DNA of 64,000 nt from Candidatus Latescibacterota bacterium (GCA_965198115.1 OZ240241.1:96001-160000), one strand, 5' to 3'. Shown: positions 44,051 to 53,940, numbered from the stretch's first letter. Numbers and translations: made by a program. Notes: generated by a model not told the origin, from the letters alone.

Positions 44051-44763
44051 AGATTCTGATTCTGGGTGCCAATTCCCGTTTGGGACCCCACGTCGTCCGT
44101 TCCACCGAAGACGGACACACACTACGTCTGGCGGATGTAACCGATGTTGCCAGCGACCGGCACGAGACCTGCAGGGTCGATGTAGGCTCGCTCGACGACG
44201 TGGTGACGACCGCAGAGGGAATGGACGCCATTATGAACTGTACCGTCGAGCGTCGGGATCCCCGTCAGGCTTTCGACGTGAACACGCGTGGCTGCTACAA
44301 TATGATGCGGGCGGCGGTCGACTGCGGCATCCGGAGGGTGATCAACACGGGCCCGCACTTCGCCATCGCCGGCCCAACCTACGAGACGTTCGACTACGGA
44401 ATGGCTCCCGATATGCCACCCCATCCGGGAGTCGGTCTGTATGCCCATTCCAAAGGAGCCGGACAGGAGATCTGTCGCATTTTCTCGACGCAGCACGACA
44501 TCCACGTCCTGATGCTGCTGTTCTACAACTTCCGTGACCACGATGACACCGAACGCGGAAACAACCACCCCTTCGCCGTTTCGTGGAGAGACGCGGGAGA
44601 TGCCGTCCGGCTGGCGCTCGAGGTGGACGAGAGCCGTCTGGACTCACGTTGTGAGATTTTCAACATTCACGCCGTCCCTCACGGTGCGTTTTCGAACGAC
44701 AAGACGCTTCGGGTGTTGGGATTCAGTCCGGAGGACGATCTGCGGCGAGCGTGGGGCAGGTGA
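44047..44763 (+). CDS. NAD-dependent epimerase/uronate dehydrogenase-like protein
   Basis: KILILGANSRLG, VNTRGCYN, YAHSK. Confidence 0.8.
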   Translation: MKILILGANSRLGPHVVRSTEDGHTLRLADVTDVASDRHETCRVDVGSLDDVVTTAEGMDAIMNCTVERRDPRQAFDVNTRGCYNMMRAAVDCGIRRVINTGPHFAIAGPTYETFDYGMAPDMPPHPGVGLYAHSKGAGQEICRIFSTQHDIHVLMLLFYNFRDHDDTERGNNHPFAVSWRDAGDAVRLALEVDESRLDSRCEIFNIHAVPHGAFSNDKTLRVLGFSPEDDLRRAWGR

Positions 44764-44938
44764 TCCATCGCAAACGCAGTTGCGCGCAGGATCGCGCAAA
44801 GAGAGGTAGATTGTCCGGCTTGGCGCTTCAATTGTGACCGCGGTCCCTTTTCGTACGTAGCCGTGATAGCACAAGTGTGAAACCCCACGTCACTCATCAG
44901 AATCCTGAGACGCGTCGGGGTTTGCCTAACGGGCTTTT

Positions 44939-44995
44939 AATCAATATATTAGCGCCTTGTGCGTTGACCAGTCCGGGCGTGGCACGGAATTTGGA
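44939..44995 (+). promoter_or_regulatory. Putative IHF site (44939-44951) and sigma54 -24/-12 promoter (44980-44995)
   Basis: AATCAATATATTA matches WATCAANNNNTTR; TGGCACGGAATTTGGA vs consensus TGGCACGN4TTGCW (one mismatch, at -12). Confidence 0.5.
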
Positions 44996-45130
44996 TCAGG
45001 TTGATGGCGGGGAGTCGGAAGCGGTTGTGCGTGAACCGAATTTCACTATGTTTATTGCAATTGTCACCGAAGGATTCGTAACTCGTTTTCGTAGTTACCT
45101 TCGGAGTTCCCGTACGGTGGGAGGAGAAGT

Positions 45131-47101
45131 ATGAGCGTCAAAGATCAGCTTGTGACTCGAGCTGCGGATGTCGCCTGGAGCGTGTTCCAGGCCGTCAACA
45201 CCCGTATTCCCGAAGGGGTGCCGTTCCAGCCAGTCTGGGCGCCCGCGCCGTTGCTTAAGAGCTACGAGCGCAGCAAGCCGACCTTGGGGTATCCACGAGA
45301 GACTGACAGTCTGTGTCCGGAATGTGTGAAGGAAGTGCGGACAGCCATCATCGAAGGCCGTCGTGATCTTTCGGAGCTCGTGGATGGGGGGCCGGGTGAG
45401 ATCCGAGCGACTCTGTTCGAAGAAGACGGAATGGTCAAGATCAGGAAGACGTGCGATATCCACGGCGACTTCGAAGATACCTTGTCGATCGACACGGAGT
45501 GGTCGAGGATCATCGAAAGTCGCTTTCCGGGTCGTGATTTCCAGACCTTCGGGGATGAGCACGTCCACCGACACGGAACATCGACGATCAAGTACGGTCG
45601 GGGTGCCGTGTTGACGATCGATCTGACGAATCGTTGCAATATGATGTGCAACCCGTGCTTTATGGACGCGAATCAGGTCGGCTACGTCCACGAACTGACG
45701 ATGGACGACGTGCGGCGCATTCTGGACGCGTCGATTTCCTTCAAGCCGCGCCGACAGATGTCAGTCCAGTTTTCGGGAGGTGAGCCAACGGTTTCGCCGC
45801 ACTTCCTGGAGTCGGTCCGCTACGCGAAGGAGGTCGGTTACTGGTGCGTCCAGGCGGCCACGAACGGGCTGCGCTTCGCCGAGGATCTCGACTTTGCGTA
45901 CGAGGCGAAAGAAGCGGGCCTTACGATGGCCTACCTGCAGTTCGACGGGGTGACGAACGAAGCCAATTCTCATCGTCACATTTCCAACCTGTTCGACGCC
46001 AAGTTGCTCGCGATCGAGAACCTGTCGAAGGCAGGGATCGACATCACGCCGGTCGTAACGGTCCTAAACGGTATCAACAACAAGCAGGTCGGGCCGATCC
46101 TCCAGTTCTGTATCGACAATTCCGACAAGATCGGATCGATCTCTTACCAGCCCGTGTCGTTCACGGGTCGCGACGAAGACATTTCGGACGAGTTGCGTCA
46201 CGCCCAGCGCTACACGATCTCGCACCTCGCCCACGACCTGACCAACTGGTCGGGCGGAAAGCTCGACGTTCATCGGGACTGGTTCCCATTGGGTGCCGGC
46301 ACGATTTTCACGAACCTTGCCGACCATCTCCGGGGCCCCGATCAGGAATTCGGCGGACAGACCTGCTCCTGTCATCCCAATTGCGGGTCGGCGGTGCACA
46401 TCGTGGTGAACGAAGAGACGAAGGAGTGGGCGTCGATTACCGAGTTCTTCGATCTGGACCAGTTTATGAGGGACGTCGAAGTGATGACGGATACGGCGCG
46501 CGACACGAAGTGGATACGAGCACAGGCGGGAATGTCGCTGCTCAGGAACTTCAAGCCGGAAAAGGCGCCCACAGGCTTCGAGCTCGAGGATCTGTTGAGG
46601 ATCGTGGATCGCCGCGTCGGTGGATCGCTGTCCGGTGGAAATCGTCCGAAGGATCGGTCGTGGCGCATTATGTGGGTCGGCGGAATGTGGTTTCAGGATC
46701 TGTGGACCTACGATTTCCGCCGCACGGAAATGTGCGTGATCCCCTACGCCACTCAGGAAGGGGAGATCTCTTTCTGCGCCTACAACACGGGTCTCGGGTG
46801 GCGTCAGATCATCGAGAATATGCATATGACGGCAACGACATCTGACTGGTTCAAGACGGAAGGTCGCCACGAAATCTACGCTGGCGATCGCGCGATGCCG
46901 CTCCCGGAGGACGCGGAACATCACGTGCTGACGCGCAACTACGAAAAAGTGGACGGCGATCTCGTGGAGTTGCCCGTGCTCGACGACGGGTGCGATGACG
47001 GTTCGTGCGGATGCAGCACTGACCCGAAGGAAGAGATCAAAGACATTCTCCGGGCGCCCGACGAGGCACGTGTCGAGGAGGACGTCCCGGCCGACGACTG
47101 A
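45131..47101 (+). CDS. tes: Radical SAM protein, tetraether lipid synthase (Tes/GDGT-MAS) homologue
   Basis: N-terminal SLCPEC..KTCDIHG metal site; TNRCNMMCNPCF; QFSGGEPT; YLQFDG; CHPNCG; C-terminal CVIPYATQEGEISFCAYN. Confidence 0.82.
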   Translation: MSVKDQLVTRAADVAWSVFQAVNTRIPEGVPFQPVWAPAPLLKSYERSKPTLGYPRETDSLCPECVKEVRTAIIEGRRDLSELVDGGPGEIRATLFEEDGMVKIRKTCDIHGDFEDTLSIDTEWSRIIESRFPGRDFQTFGDEHVHRHGTSTIKYGRGAVLTIDLTNRCNMMCNPCFMDANQVGYVHELTMDDVRRILDASISFKPRRQMSVQFSGGEPTVSPHFLESVRYAKEVGYWCVQAATNGLRFAEDLDFAYEAKEAGLTMAYLQFDGVTNEANSHRHISNLFDAKLLAIENLSKAGIDITPVVTVLNGINNKQVGPILQFCIDNSDKIGSISYQPVSFTGRDEDISDELRHAQRYTISHLAHDLTNWSGGKLDVHRDWFPLGAGTIFTNLADHLRGPDQEFGGQTCSCHPNCGSAVHIVVNEETKEWASITEFFDLDQFMRDVEVMTDTARDTKWIRAQAGMSLLRNFKPEKAPTGFELEDLLRIVDRRVGGSLSGGNRPKDRSWRIMWVGGMWFQDLWTYDFRRTEMCVIPYATQEGEISFCAYNTGLGWRQIIENMHMTATTSDWFKTEGRHEIYAGDRAMPLPEDAEHHVLTRNYEKVDGDLVELPVLDDGCDDGSCGCSTDPKEEIKDILRAPDEARVEEDVPADD

Positions 47102-47222
47102 GTCGAGACCGGGGAACCGTCGGTCATTCCGGGTTCCCGATCCATTTGCGGATCGGGAACCTGACTGTTTCTACGCGGTTCGGTTCGAACCGAGGACGTC
47201 TTTTGACGAAAGCACGATTCCT

Positions 47223-48704
47223 ATGAAAATCCTGCTGATCAGTCCGCCGCTCAACAGTCTCTACCACGCTGCCAGCATCATCATCCCACCACTCGGGCTG
47301 CTGTATGTCGCCGGTAAGCTCGAATCCGACGGCCACGACGTCGAAGTCCGGGATATGACTTACTACGACGGGCCGGAGACCTACGATGGCTACGATTTAG
47401 TCGGGGTGACGTGTACGACGCCGCAGTATCCGGAGGCACTTCAGTACGTCAAAGATGCGCACGCCTCCGGATGTAAAACGTTGATCGGCGGGACCCACGT
47501 GACGTTCACGACGGAGACGACACTCCGACTTTCCTATGTCGACTTCGTCATCCGAGGCGAAGGCGAGCAGGCCACGAGCGTTTTATGCAAAGCACTGGAC
47601 GAAGAGGGCTCGCGCTTCGATCCCCGCAAGATTCCGAGTCTGTCGTGGTATGACGCCGATGCTGGTATTGTCGTCGACAATCCTCAGCTTCCGGACATCG
47701 CGACTGTGGACGATCTACCCAGACCAGCACGCCATCTCGTGGATATGGAGGCTTACAAGGTCACTAAACTCGGGCCTCGGGCGGTCACGACGATGATCAC
47801 GAGCCGGGGCTGCCCCTACAACTGCACATTCTGTTCGGTACCCACCCTCTATCAGAAACGCAAGTGGCGCTCGCGCGAAGCGGTTGCCGCCGTGGATGAG
47901 ATGGAGTATCTCGAGCAGACCTACGGCTACGGCGGTGTGCTGCTCGTCGACGACCTGTTGACAACAGATCATGAGCGCGTTCATGAGCTGTGCGCGGAGA
48001 TCATCGAGCGCCGGCTAGACATCAGCTGGTGGTGCCAGTCCAGGGCCGACATCCTGGTGAGGCATCCGGCCCTCGTTGAGCATATGGCCGAGGCTGGATG
48101 TTACCTGACATTCCTGGGCCTGGAGTCGGGGAACGAGCACGTGTTGGCCCATTGGAACAAGAAGATGAAGCTCGACACGGGTGGTCAGGCCGTCGAACTG
48201 CTTCGTCAAAACGGCATCAAAGCGTTGACGGCGTTTATCATCGGGATGGAAGAGGAAACTGAAGAGGATATCGACAACACGATCGAGTACGCCAAGACGC
48301 TGGACGCCCATCAGGCGCAGTTCTCGATCCTGACGCCGTATCCGGGGACAGAGGACTGGGGACGAAACATTCCCAGGATTTTCGACAACAACTGGGCGAA
48401 CTACACGGGGAGCAAGGTCGTGTTCCACCGCGATCACCTGCCGGGCAACGTGATCGAGCAGAAGATCAAGAAAGCCTACTGGAATTTCTACAACCCGATG
48501 CGCCGTTGGGATCTGATTCTGAAGAACGTAGCGGGCGTGAATCCACGAAAACTGTGGCGTATTCTGAACACGCTGAAGAAACAGCGGGATATCGTCATTC
48601 CCGAGATGGATCCGGTGGACAATTACATTTCGCTGACGACGTCGGACTGGGGGACGTGGAAGACGAGCGGCGAACCTGTGGCGGAGGTGGCGGAGGCAGT
48701 GTAG
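47223..48704 (+). CDS. B12-binding (class B) radical SAM protein
   Basis: PPLGLLYVAG, IGGTHVT, RGEGE, TSRGCPYNCTFC, LGLESG, TPYPGT. Confidence 0.92.
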   Translation: MKILLISPPLNSLYHAASIIIPPLGLLYVAGKLESDGHDVEVRDMTYYDGPETYDGYDLVGVTCTTPQYPEALQYVKDAHASGCKTLIGGTHVTFTTETTLRLSYVDFVIRGEGEQATSVLCKALDEEGSRFDPRKIPSLSWYDADAGIVVDNPQLPDIATVDDLPRPARHLVDMEAYKVTKLGPRAVTTMITSRGCPYNCTFCSVPTLYQKRKWRSREAVAAVDEMEYLEQTYGYGGVLLVDDLLTTDHERVHELCAEIIERRLDISWWCQSRADILVRHPALVEHMAEAGCYLTFLGLESGNEHVLAHWNKKMKLDTGGQAVELLRQNGIKALTAFIIGMEEETEEDIDNTIEYAKTLDAHQAQFSILTPYPGTEDWGRNIPRIFDNNWANYTGSKVVFHRDHLPGNVIEQKIKKAYWNFYNPMRRWDLILKNVAGVNPRKLWRILNTLKKQRDIVIPEMDPVDNYISLTTSDWGTWKTSGEPVAEVAEAV

Positions 48705-48739
48705 AAGAGAGTGTTGGGTGTTCTGCGTAAGTCTGATCC

Positions 48740-48780
48740 AAAGACCCCTGCTGCGAGGCACTGCAGCGGGGGCTTTCTTG
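48740..48780. terminator. Bidirectional intrinsic terminator
   Basis: AAAGACCCCTGCTGC..GCAGCGGGGGCTTT hairpin between convergent genes. Confidence 0.6.
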
Positions 48781-48792
48781 TTTGCGGATTTC

Positions 48793-49674
48793 TCAAAGGG
48801 AGACAGCGTCCAGGATTTCGCCCATATGACGGGATCGGTTGAGGACGTAGAAGTGGATGCCCGGCACGCTAGCGGCGATGAGCTCCGCGGTCTGGGCGAT
48901 GCACTTTTCAATGCCGATCTCTTCGGCCCTTGCGTCGTCGTCGCCGGCTCGATCGAGCTGGATCTGGAGGTCACTCGGAATGCTGGCGCCACACATTGTC
49001 GTGATGCGCTGAATCTGACCGGCCGACTGAATCGGCATCAGCCCGGGGATGATCGGGATGGTGATTCCAGCCGTGTATGCCGCGTCTCTGAACCTGAAAT
49101 AGCTGGCGTTGTCGTAAAAAAGTTGCGTGATGACGATGTCGGCGCCCGCATCGACCTTGCGCTTGAGATTGACGAGGTCGGACGTCAGGTTCTCCGCTTC
49201 CAGGTGCTTTTCGGGATAGCCACCGACGGCGATCCCGAAGGGCGCATCGGATGCCTCGATCGTCCGGATGTGGGAAACGAGCTGATTGGCGTGTTCGAAT
49301 CCGCCGGGTGGCGGTTCAAAGCGGTCGTTGCCGCCGGGAGGGTCACCACGCAAAGCGACGATGTTCGTGATACCCGCCTCTCGGATGCGGGCGACGATCT
49401 GTTCGATTTCGCCGCGTGAGGCGCCGACGCAAGTCAGGTGATGAGCCGAGTCTACGCCGAATCTCTCCCGGATCATCGCAGCGATGTCGAGCGTTTTATC
49501 CTGCGTCGTACCCATCGCGCCGTAAGTGACCGTGATGCACCGTGGGTTGTGTTCGACGAGTTCGGGCAAGATGCGTCGTTCGAGGGATCTCATCCCACGC
49601 GGTGTTTTGGGTGGAAAGACCTCGAACGTGACAACGGGCCCGTTGCCTTCTTTGAAGTAGTCTGGAAATCGCAT
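48793..49674 (-). CDS. metF: 5,10-methylenetetrahydrofolate reductase
   Basis: FEVFPPK, TVTYGAMG, HLTCVG, ALRGDPP, GYPEKH, ITQLFYD, IHFYVLN. Confidence 0.96.
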   Translation of the reverse strand: MRFPDYFKEGNGPVVTFEVFPPKTPRGMRSLERRILPELVEHNPRCITVTYGAMGTTQDKTLDIAAMIRERFGVDSAHHLTCVGASRGEIEQIVARIREAGITNIVALRGDPPGGNDRFEPPPGGFEHANQLVSHIRTIEASDAPFGIAVGGYPEKHLEAENLTSDLVNLKRKVDAGADIVITQLFYDNASYFRFRDAAYTAGITIPIIPGLMPIQSAGQIQRITTMCGASIPSDLQIQLDRAGDDDARAEEIGIEKCIAQTAELIAASVPGIHFYVLNRSRHMGEILDAVSL

Positions 49675-49791
49675 AGTCGATTGCTATATGGCTGAAAGGG
49701 GACCACCAAGGGAAGGAACTAAACCATATGAACCTCGGCCCTCCCTATCAAGACTGAATCCGTCGGTCGTGCCAAGTGAATCGCGCAAAGT

Positions 49792-49825
49792 AAGAGCCCC
49801 GCTGAGCGAATCAGCAGGGCTCTTC
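49792..49825 (-). terminator. Intrinsic terminator after ino1
   Basis: AAGAGCCCCGCTGA..TCAGCAGGGCTCTT hairpin. Confidence 0.6.
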
Positions 49826-49845
49826 TCGTATCGATGATCGTGCCG

Positions 49846-50931
49846 CTACTCTTTGTGTCCGTATTGCTTGATAAAGTCCTCGACCATTTCGTTCGCCTGA
49901 TCGTCGCTGAACTGGTGCGGGGGCGACTTCATAAAATAAGCGGATGGTCCCGGTAGAGGGCCTTTGATTCCGTGATCAAGGGCGATCTTGCAGCACCGAA
50001 GGGCGTCGATGACGACGCCGGCAGAGTTCGGGCTGTCCCAAACTTCGAGTTTGAGTTCGGCCTTGAGCGGAACACCGCCGAAGGTCTCACCCTCCATATG
50101 GATGTAACACCACTTCTGGTCCTCGAGGAAGGGAACGTGGTCGCTCGGACCGACGTGGACGTTGCCCTCGCCCAAATCGTAGTCGAGCTGTGAGGTGACC
50201 GATTGTGTCTTGCTGATCTTCTTGGATTCGAGTCGGCTGCGCTCGAGCATATTGTAAAAATCGGTGTTGCCCCCGAAGTTCAACTGATAGGTCTTTTTGA
50301 GTTTTACACCGCGATCTCGGAAGAGACGAGTCAGAACTCGGTGGCTGATGGTGGCTCCGACTTGCGACTTGATGTCGTCGCCGACGATTGGTAGACCTCG
50401 TTTCTCGAAGCGATCGGGCCAGTGCCCGGTGCTGGCGATGAAGACAGGCACACAGTTCACGAATCCACAGCCGGCCTGGAGCACTTGTTCGACATACCAC
50501 TTGGTGGCTTCCTCGCTCCCGACGGGGAGGTAGTTGACGACGACGTCTGTTCGCGTGGTTTTGAGTACCTCTGCGATGTCGACGGTGTCGCCATCGGCCT
50601 TGGTAATGACCTCTGTGAGGTACTTGCCGAGACCATCGTGCGTCATACCGCGCTGGACCGGAACGTCGAGGAAGGGGACGTCGGCGAACTTGAACGTGTT
50701 GTTCGGGCCCGAGAAAATCGCTTCGCTCAGGTCTTTTCCGACTTTTTCCGCGTCGATGTCGAACGCGGCGCTGAATTCGATGTCGCTGATGTGATAGCCG
50801 CCGAGCGTGGAGTGCATCAGGCCAGGGACGAATTCGTCGTTCGAGGCGTGCCGATAATACTGAACACCTTGAACGAGAGAGGACGCGCAGTTGCCGACCC
50901 CGACGATGGCGACACGTACTTTACGTGACAA
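49846..50931 (-). CDS. ino1: Myo-inositol-1-phosphate synthase
   Basis: [56 protein letters not shown]. Confidence 0.96.
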   Translation of the reverse strand: MSRKVRVAIVGVGNCASSLVQGVQYYRHASNDEFVPGLMHSTLGGYHISDIEFSAAFDIDAEKVGKDLSEAIFSGPNNTFKFADVPFLDVPVQRGMTHDGLGKYLTEVITKADGDTVDIAEVLKTTRTDVVVNYLPVGSEEATKWYVEQVLQAGCGFVNCVPVFIASTGHWPDRFEKRGLPIVGDDIKSQVGATISHRVLTRLFRDRGVKLKKTYQLNFGGNTDFYNMLERSRLESKKISKTQSVTSQLDYDLGEGNVHVGPSDHVPFLEDQKWCYIHMEGETFGGVPLKAELKLEVWDSPNSAGVVIDALRCCKIALDHGIKGPLPGPSAYFMKSPPHQFSDDQANEMVEDFIKQYGHKE

Positions 50932-51027
50932 GGTCTGAACCTCCGATGGGTGATGGATTCGATCGATGCGTGGTCAAAAACTACGGTTTTCCATATATTC
51001 GACTAATCGATTGTACAGATATAAAGC

Positions 51028-51042
51028 ATAGATAATATCTAT
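51028..51042. promoter_or_regulatory. Palindromic LysR-type operator
   Basis: ATAGATA-A-TATCTAT immediately upstream of the LysR ATG, in the divergent promoter region. Confidence 0.55.
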
Positions 51043-51975
51043 ATGAATTTGCATCAGCTCAGGACGTTTCTGGCCGTGGCCCATACCGGGAGCTTTACTG
51101 CGGCTGCGCGGGAGGTCCATCTCACGCAACCGACCGTGAGTGCGGGGGTAGCCGAACTCGAGCGCTCGATGGGGGTCCGGCTGTTCAACCGCAGCGGCCG
51201 GCGGATCTCGCTCACGTTAGAGGGTCGTCAGCTGATGACGTATGCCGAGCGCATTCAAGATCTGGTGACCGAGGCCCGCGATCGAGTCGGACGGGGTGAT
51301 GTGGAGGGTGCGGAAGGATTTCGCTTCGGCGCGATCGATGCGGCGGTGATCTATCTCATTCCCGATCTGTTGAGCGATTATCATCGTCGCTTCCCACAGA
51401 TCGAGGTGACGGTGCAAGTCGATGCATCCCGATTCTTGGTCGAGGAGATTCTGGCCGATCGGTCGGAGTTCGGCCTGATCACGTTGCCGTTCGATCACGC
51501 GAAGATCGAGACGATCCCGATCTACCAGGATACGATGCCGCTCGTGGTCGGCGCAGGCCACCCCCTGGCGACTCGAAAGCGTGTTCGCCTGGAGGAGGTG
51601 TCTACAGAGACGCTGATTCTTTTCCACAGGGAGTCGGTGTCCCGCCGTCTCGTGGACGCACATTTCGGAGAGGCGGGCATCACGCCGGGTCGGGTGATGG
51701 AGATGAGCAGTCCCGAGGCTATGCGGAAGCTGGTTGAGGCTGGTGTGGGGGTTTCGTTCTTGCCGTTGCTGACGGTCCAGGAGTCGATCGAGGAGGGGAC
51801 GCTCAGGACGCTTGCTGTGACCGGGGTGTCACTGAGTCGTGAAATCGGGGTCGCCTGGCGCCAGGGGCGATACTTCGGTCCCGCCATCACGGCACTGCTG
51901 GATGGGTTGTTCGAGACTTACGGACGTCTTGCGGACTGGGAACCGATCAGATCCGCTCGGGTCTTCGAGCCGTGA
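51043..51975 (+). CDS. LysR family transcriptional regulator
   Basis: MNLHQLRTFLAVA..SFTAAA..LTQPTVS HTH. Confidence 0.95.
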   Translation: MNLHQLRTFLAVAHTGSFTAAAREVHLTQPTVSAGVAELERSMGVRLFNRSGRRISLTLEGRQLMTYAERIQDLVTEARDRVGRGDVEGAEGFRFGAIDAAVIYLIPDLLSDYHRRFPQIEVTVQVDASRFLVEEILADRSEFGLITLPFDHAKIETIPIYQDTMPLVVGAGHPLATRKRVRLEEVSTETLILFHRESVSRRLVDAHFGEAGITPGRVMEMSSPEAMRKLVEAGVGVSFLPLLTVQESIEEGTLRTLAVTGVSLSREIGVAWRQGRYFGPAITALLDGLFETYGRLADWEPIRSARVFEP

Positions 51976-52711
51976 GCAGCCAGTCCCAGGGATAAGGCGA
52001 GGCGAGGTCGGCAGGCGCGTTGTCGATCATCTCGGACCAGGGGTACTCCACACGTACGACACGGTCGACTTCGAGCCCGGCATCTTCGAGGAGGTGCCGG
52101 GCTTCGTCGTGCATATAGGTCTTGGTGGGAGCATTGCCGAGCGTGACGATGCCATCGACGACAGAAGTCACTTCGCTCTGGTAAAGGTCCGTGGTTTCAC
52201 GGAGCGCCGTCGACCTGCGAACGCCCAGCCGGACGTTGCATCGTACGAGTGTGCGGTAGGTGTGGAGGAGCGATTCGAAGGCGGGGACGATGACGAGCGC
52301 ACACCCTCCCGGACGGACGGCGGCGATGACGTTGCGGAGAATTCGGTCGCGCACGGGCGCACGCGGATCGATCAGGACGTTGACGCAGACGGCGACATCG
52401 ACGCGGTGGGGAAACGCCTTCCTGCCTGACAGGTTATAGCGTACGAAATCGATGCCAGGGAGGTCGTGATGACGGGATCTGGCGATGTTGAGGAGCGCCT
52501 GTGCAAAGTCGACGGCGTAGACAGAAGCAAAGCGACGTGACAACGCCGGAAGCAACGCACCGTTGCCACAACCGAAGTCACCGACGGTGCGGGCGTCGCG
52601 GCTGACGCGCCGGATGGCGGTGCGGAGGGCGCCGTTGACCTCGAGGTCGGCGATGCTGAGCACTTCCTCGTCGAACCGGTCAGCCAGGCCCTCCCAGTAA
52701 ACGCGGTTCAC
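51947..52711 (-). CDS. Class I SAM-dependent methyltransferase
   Basis: VGDFGCGNG, YAVDFA, AVRPGG. Confidence 0.85.
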   Translation of the reverse strand: MNRVYWEGLADRFDEEVLSIADLEVNGALRTAIRRVSRDARTVGDFGCGNGALLPALSRRFASVYAVDFAQALLNIARSRHHDLPGIDFVRYNLSGRKAFPHRVDVAVCVNVLIDPRAPVRDRILRNVIAAVRPGGCALVIVPAFESLLHTYRTLVRCNVRLGVRRSTALRETTDLYQSEVTSVVDGIVTLGNAPTKTYMHDEARHLLEDAGLEVDRVVRVEYPWSEMIDNAPADLASPYPWDWLLTARRPERI

Positions 52712-52712
52712 G

Positions 52713-53906
52713 TCAGTCGGCGGGGGAGGTGAGTTGACCGAGTAGCGCTCGGCGTACCCAGTCGAGCGATTGTGTGACGAGCCAACGGCGGATGTGGTCG
52801 GTGTCCTGGTAATTGCGGCTTCGTCGGCTCAGCTCGATGCCGTCGGGTCCGCGGATGGCGATGTAGGTCGTAAGGTCGTCCATCGGGCCGATCAGGGTGA
52901 GGTTCAGGGCGGGGCCGTCGCCGGTGAGAGCAAGGGCGAGCGCCTCTCCTTCCAACGCGCCGTCGACGTCGGCGCGCAGCGTCTGAAGATCTCCATCGGC
53001 GGTCTCTTCGACGAGGTCGGAAAAGCCGGATTCCTGCAGGTCCCGTACGATCTGCCCGCCGGTGACGGTGTCGACGACCCTCAGTGTGAGATCCCGGTCT
53101 TGGAGCATTCCGCCGACGGTTTCAGCGACGGTCTCCTTGTCGACGCCGTAGATGGCGACGCCCAGACGCGCACGGAGTTCGGATTCCACTCCCGCAATGA
53201 GGGTTTCTGCTTCGGCTTCGTCGTCGGCCTTGGCCGTGATGCGGACATCGGTCTGCCCGATGTGGGCAGCGAGCCCGACGGTCGGGTTCGATTCGGTCAT
53301 CAGGTCGCCGATCACGCGGTCGACGCTGCTCTCGCCGACGGCGCACGTTCGGAGGACGCGGACACGCGTGACCTTCGCCCCTCCCATCCGATCGGCCAGG
53401 ATCGGCACGACGGCGTGCTCGAGCATATGCGTCAGCTCTCGGGGTACGCCGGGTAAGACAATGATGAAACCGCGGTCGTCGACATCCTCGCTCAGGAAGC
53501 AGGGGGCGGTGCCTACTGGATTCTCTATGGGCGTCGCGCCGTCTGGGATGTAAGCTTGTCGCTTGTTGTTTTCGGCCATTTCCCGACCGAAGCTTCGGAA
53601 TCGGGTGGCGACCTGGCGTTCGAGTTCGTCGCTGTAGACGAGGGGGCGTCCCGTGGCGTTCGCGACGCACTGGCGTGTCATATCATCGACAGTCGGCCCG
53701 ATCCCGCCTGAGGTGATGACGACATCGGAGCGATCGAGCGCGAGGTTCAGCACATCGGTGATGCGCTGCTCGTTGTCACCCACTGTCGTCTTGTAGTAGA
53801 TGTCGACACCGATGTCGCGGAGTGCGAGCGCCATCTTGTTGGCGTTCGTGTCGACGATTTCTCCGAGCAGGAGCTCGGTTCCGATCATGACGAGTTCAGC
53901 GCGCAT
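52713..53906 (-). CDS. cinA: CinA family competence/damage-inducible protein
   Basis: MRAELVMIGTELLLGEIVDTN, VGDN, GGIGPTVDD, LPGVPRE; true start at 53906. Confidence 0.9.
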   Translation of the reverse strand: MRAELVMIGTELLLGEIVDTNANKMALALRDIGVDIYYKTTVGDNEQRITDVLNLALDRSDVVITSGGIGPTVDDMTRQCVANATGRPLVYSDELERQVATRFRSFGREMAENNKRQAYIPDGATPIENPVGTAPCFLSEDVDDRGFIIVLPGVPRELTHMLEHAVVPILADRMGGAKVTRVRVLRTCAVGESSVDRVIGDLMTESNPTVGLAAHIGQTDVRITAKADDEAEAETLIAGVESELRARLGVAIYGVDKETVAETVGGMLQDRDLTLRVVDTVTGGQIVRDLQESGFSDLVEETADGDLQTLRADVDGALEGEALALALTGDGPALNLTLIGPMDDLTTYIAIRGPDGIELSRRSRNYQDTDHIRRWLVTQSLDWVRRALLGQLTSPAD

Positions 53907-53940
53907 AGAAAAAAGCCGTTGTCCGTGAGCCGGGGAAAGC

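Noticed and set aside
49675-49790. SAM/SAH riboswitch or sigma54 promoter upstream of metF
   Set aside because: No conserved riboswitch core recognised; TGGCACG lacks a TTGC at -12.
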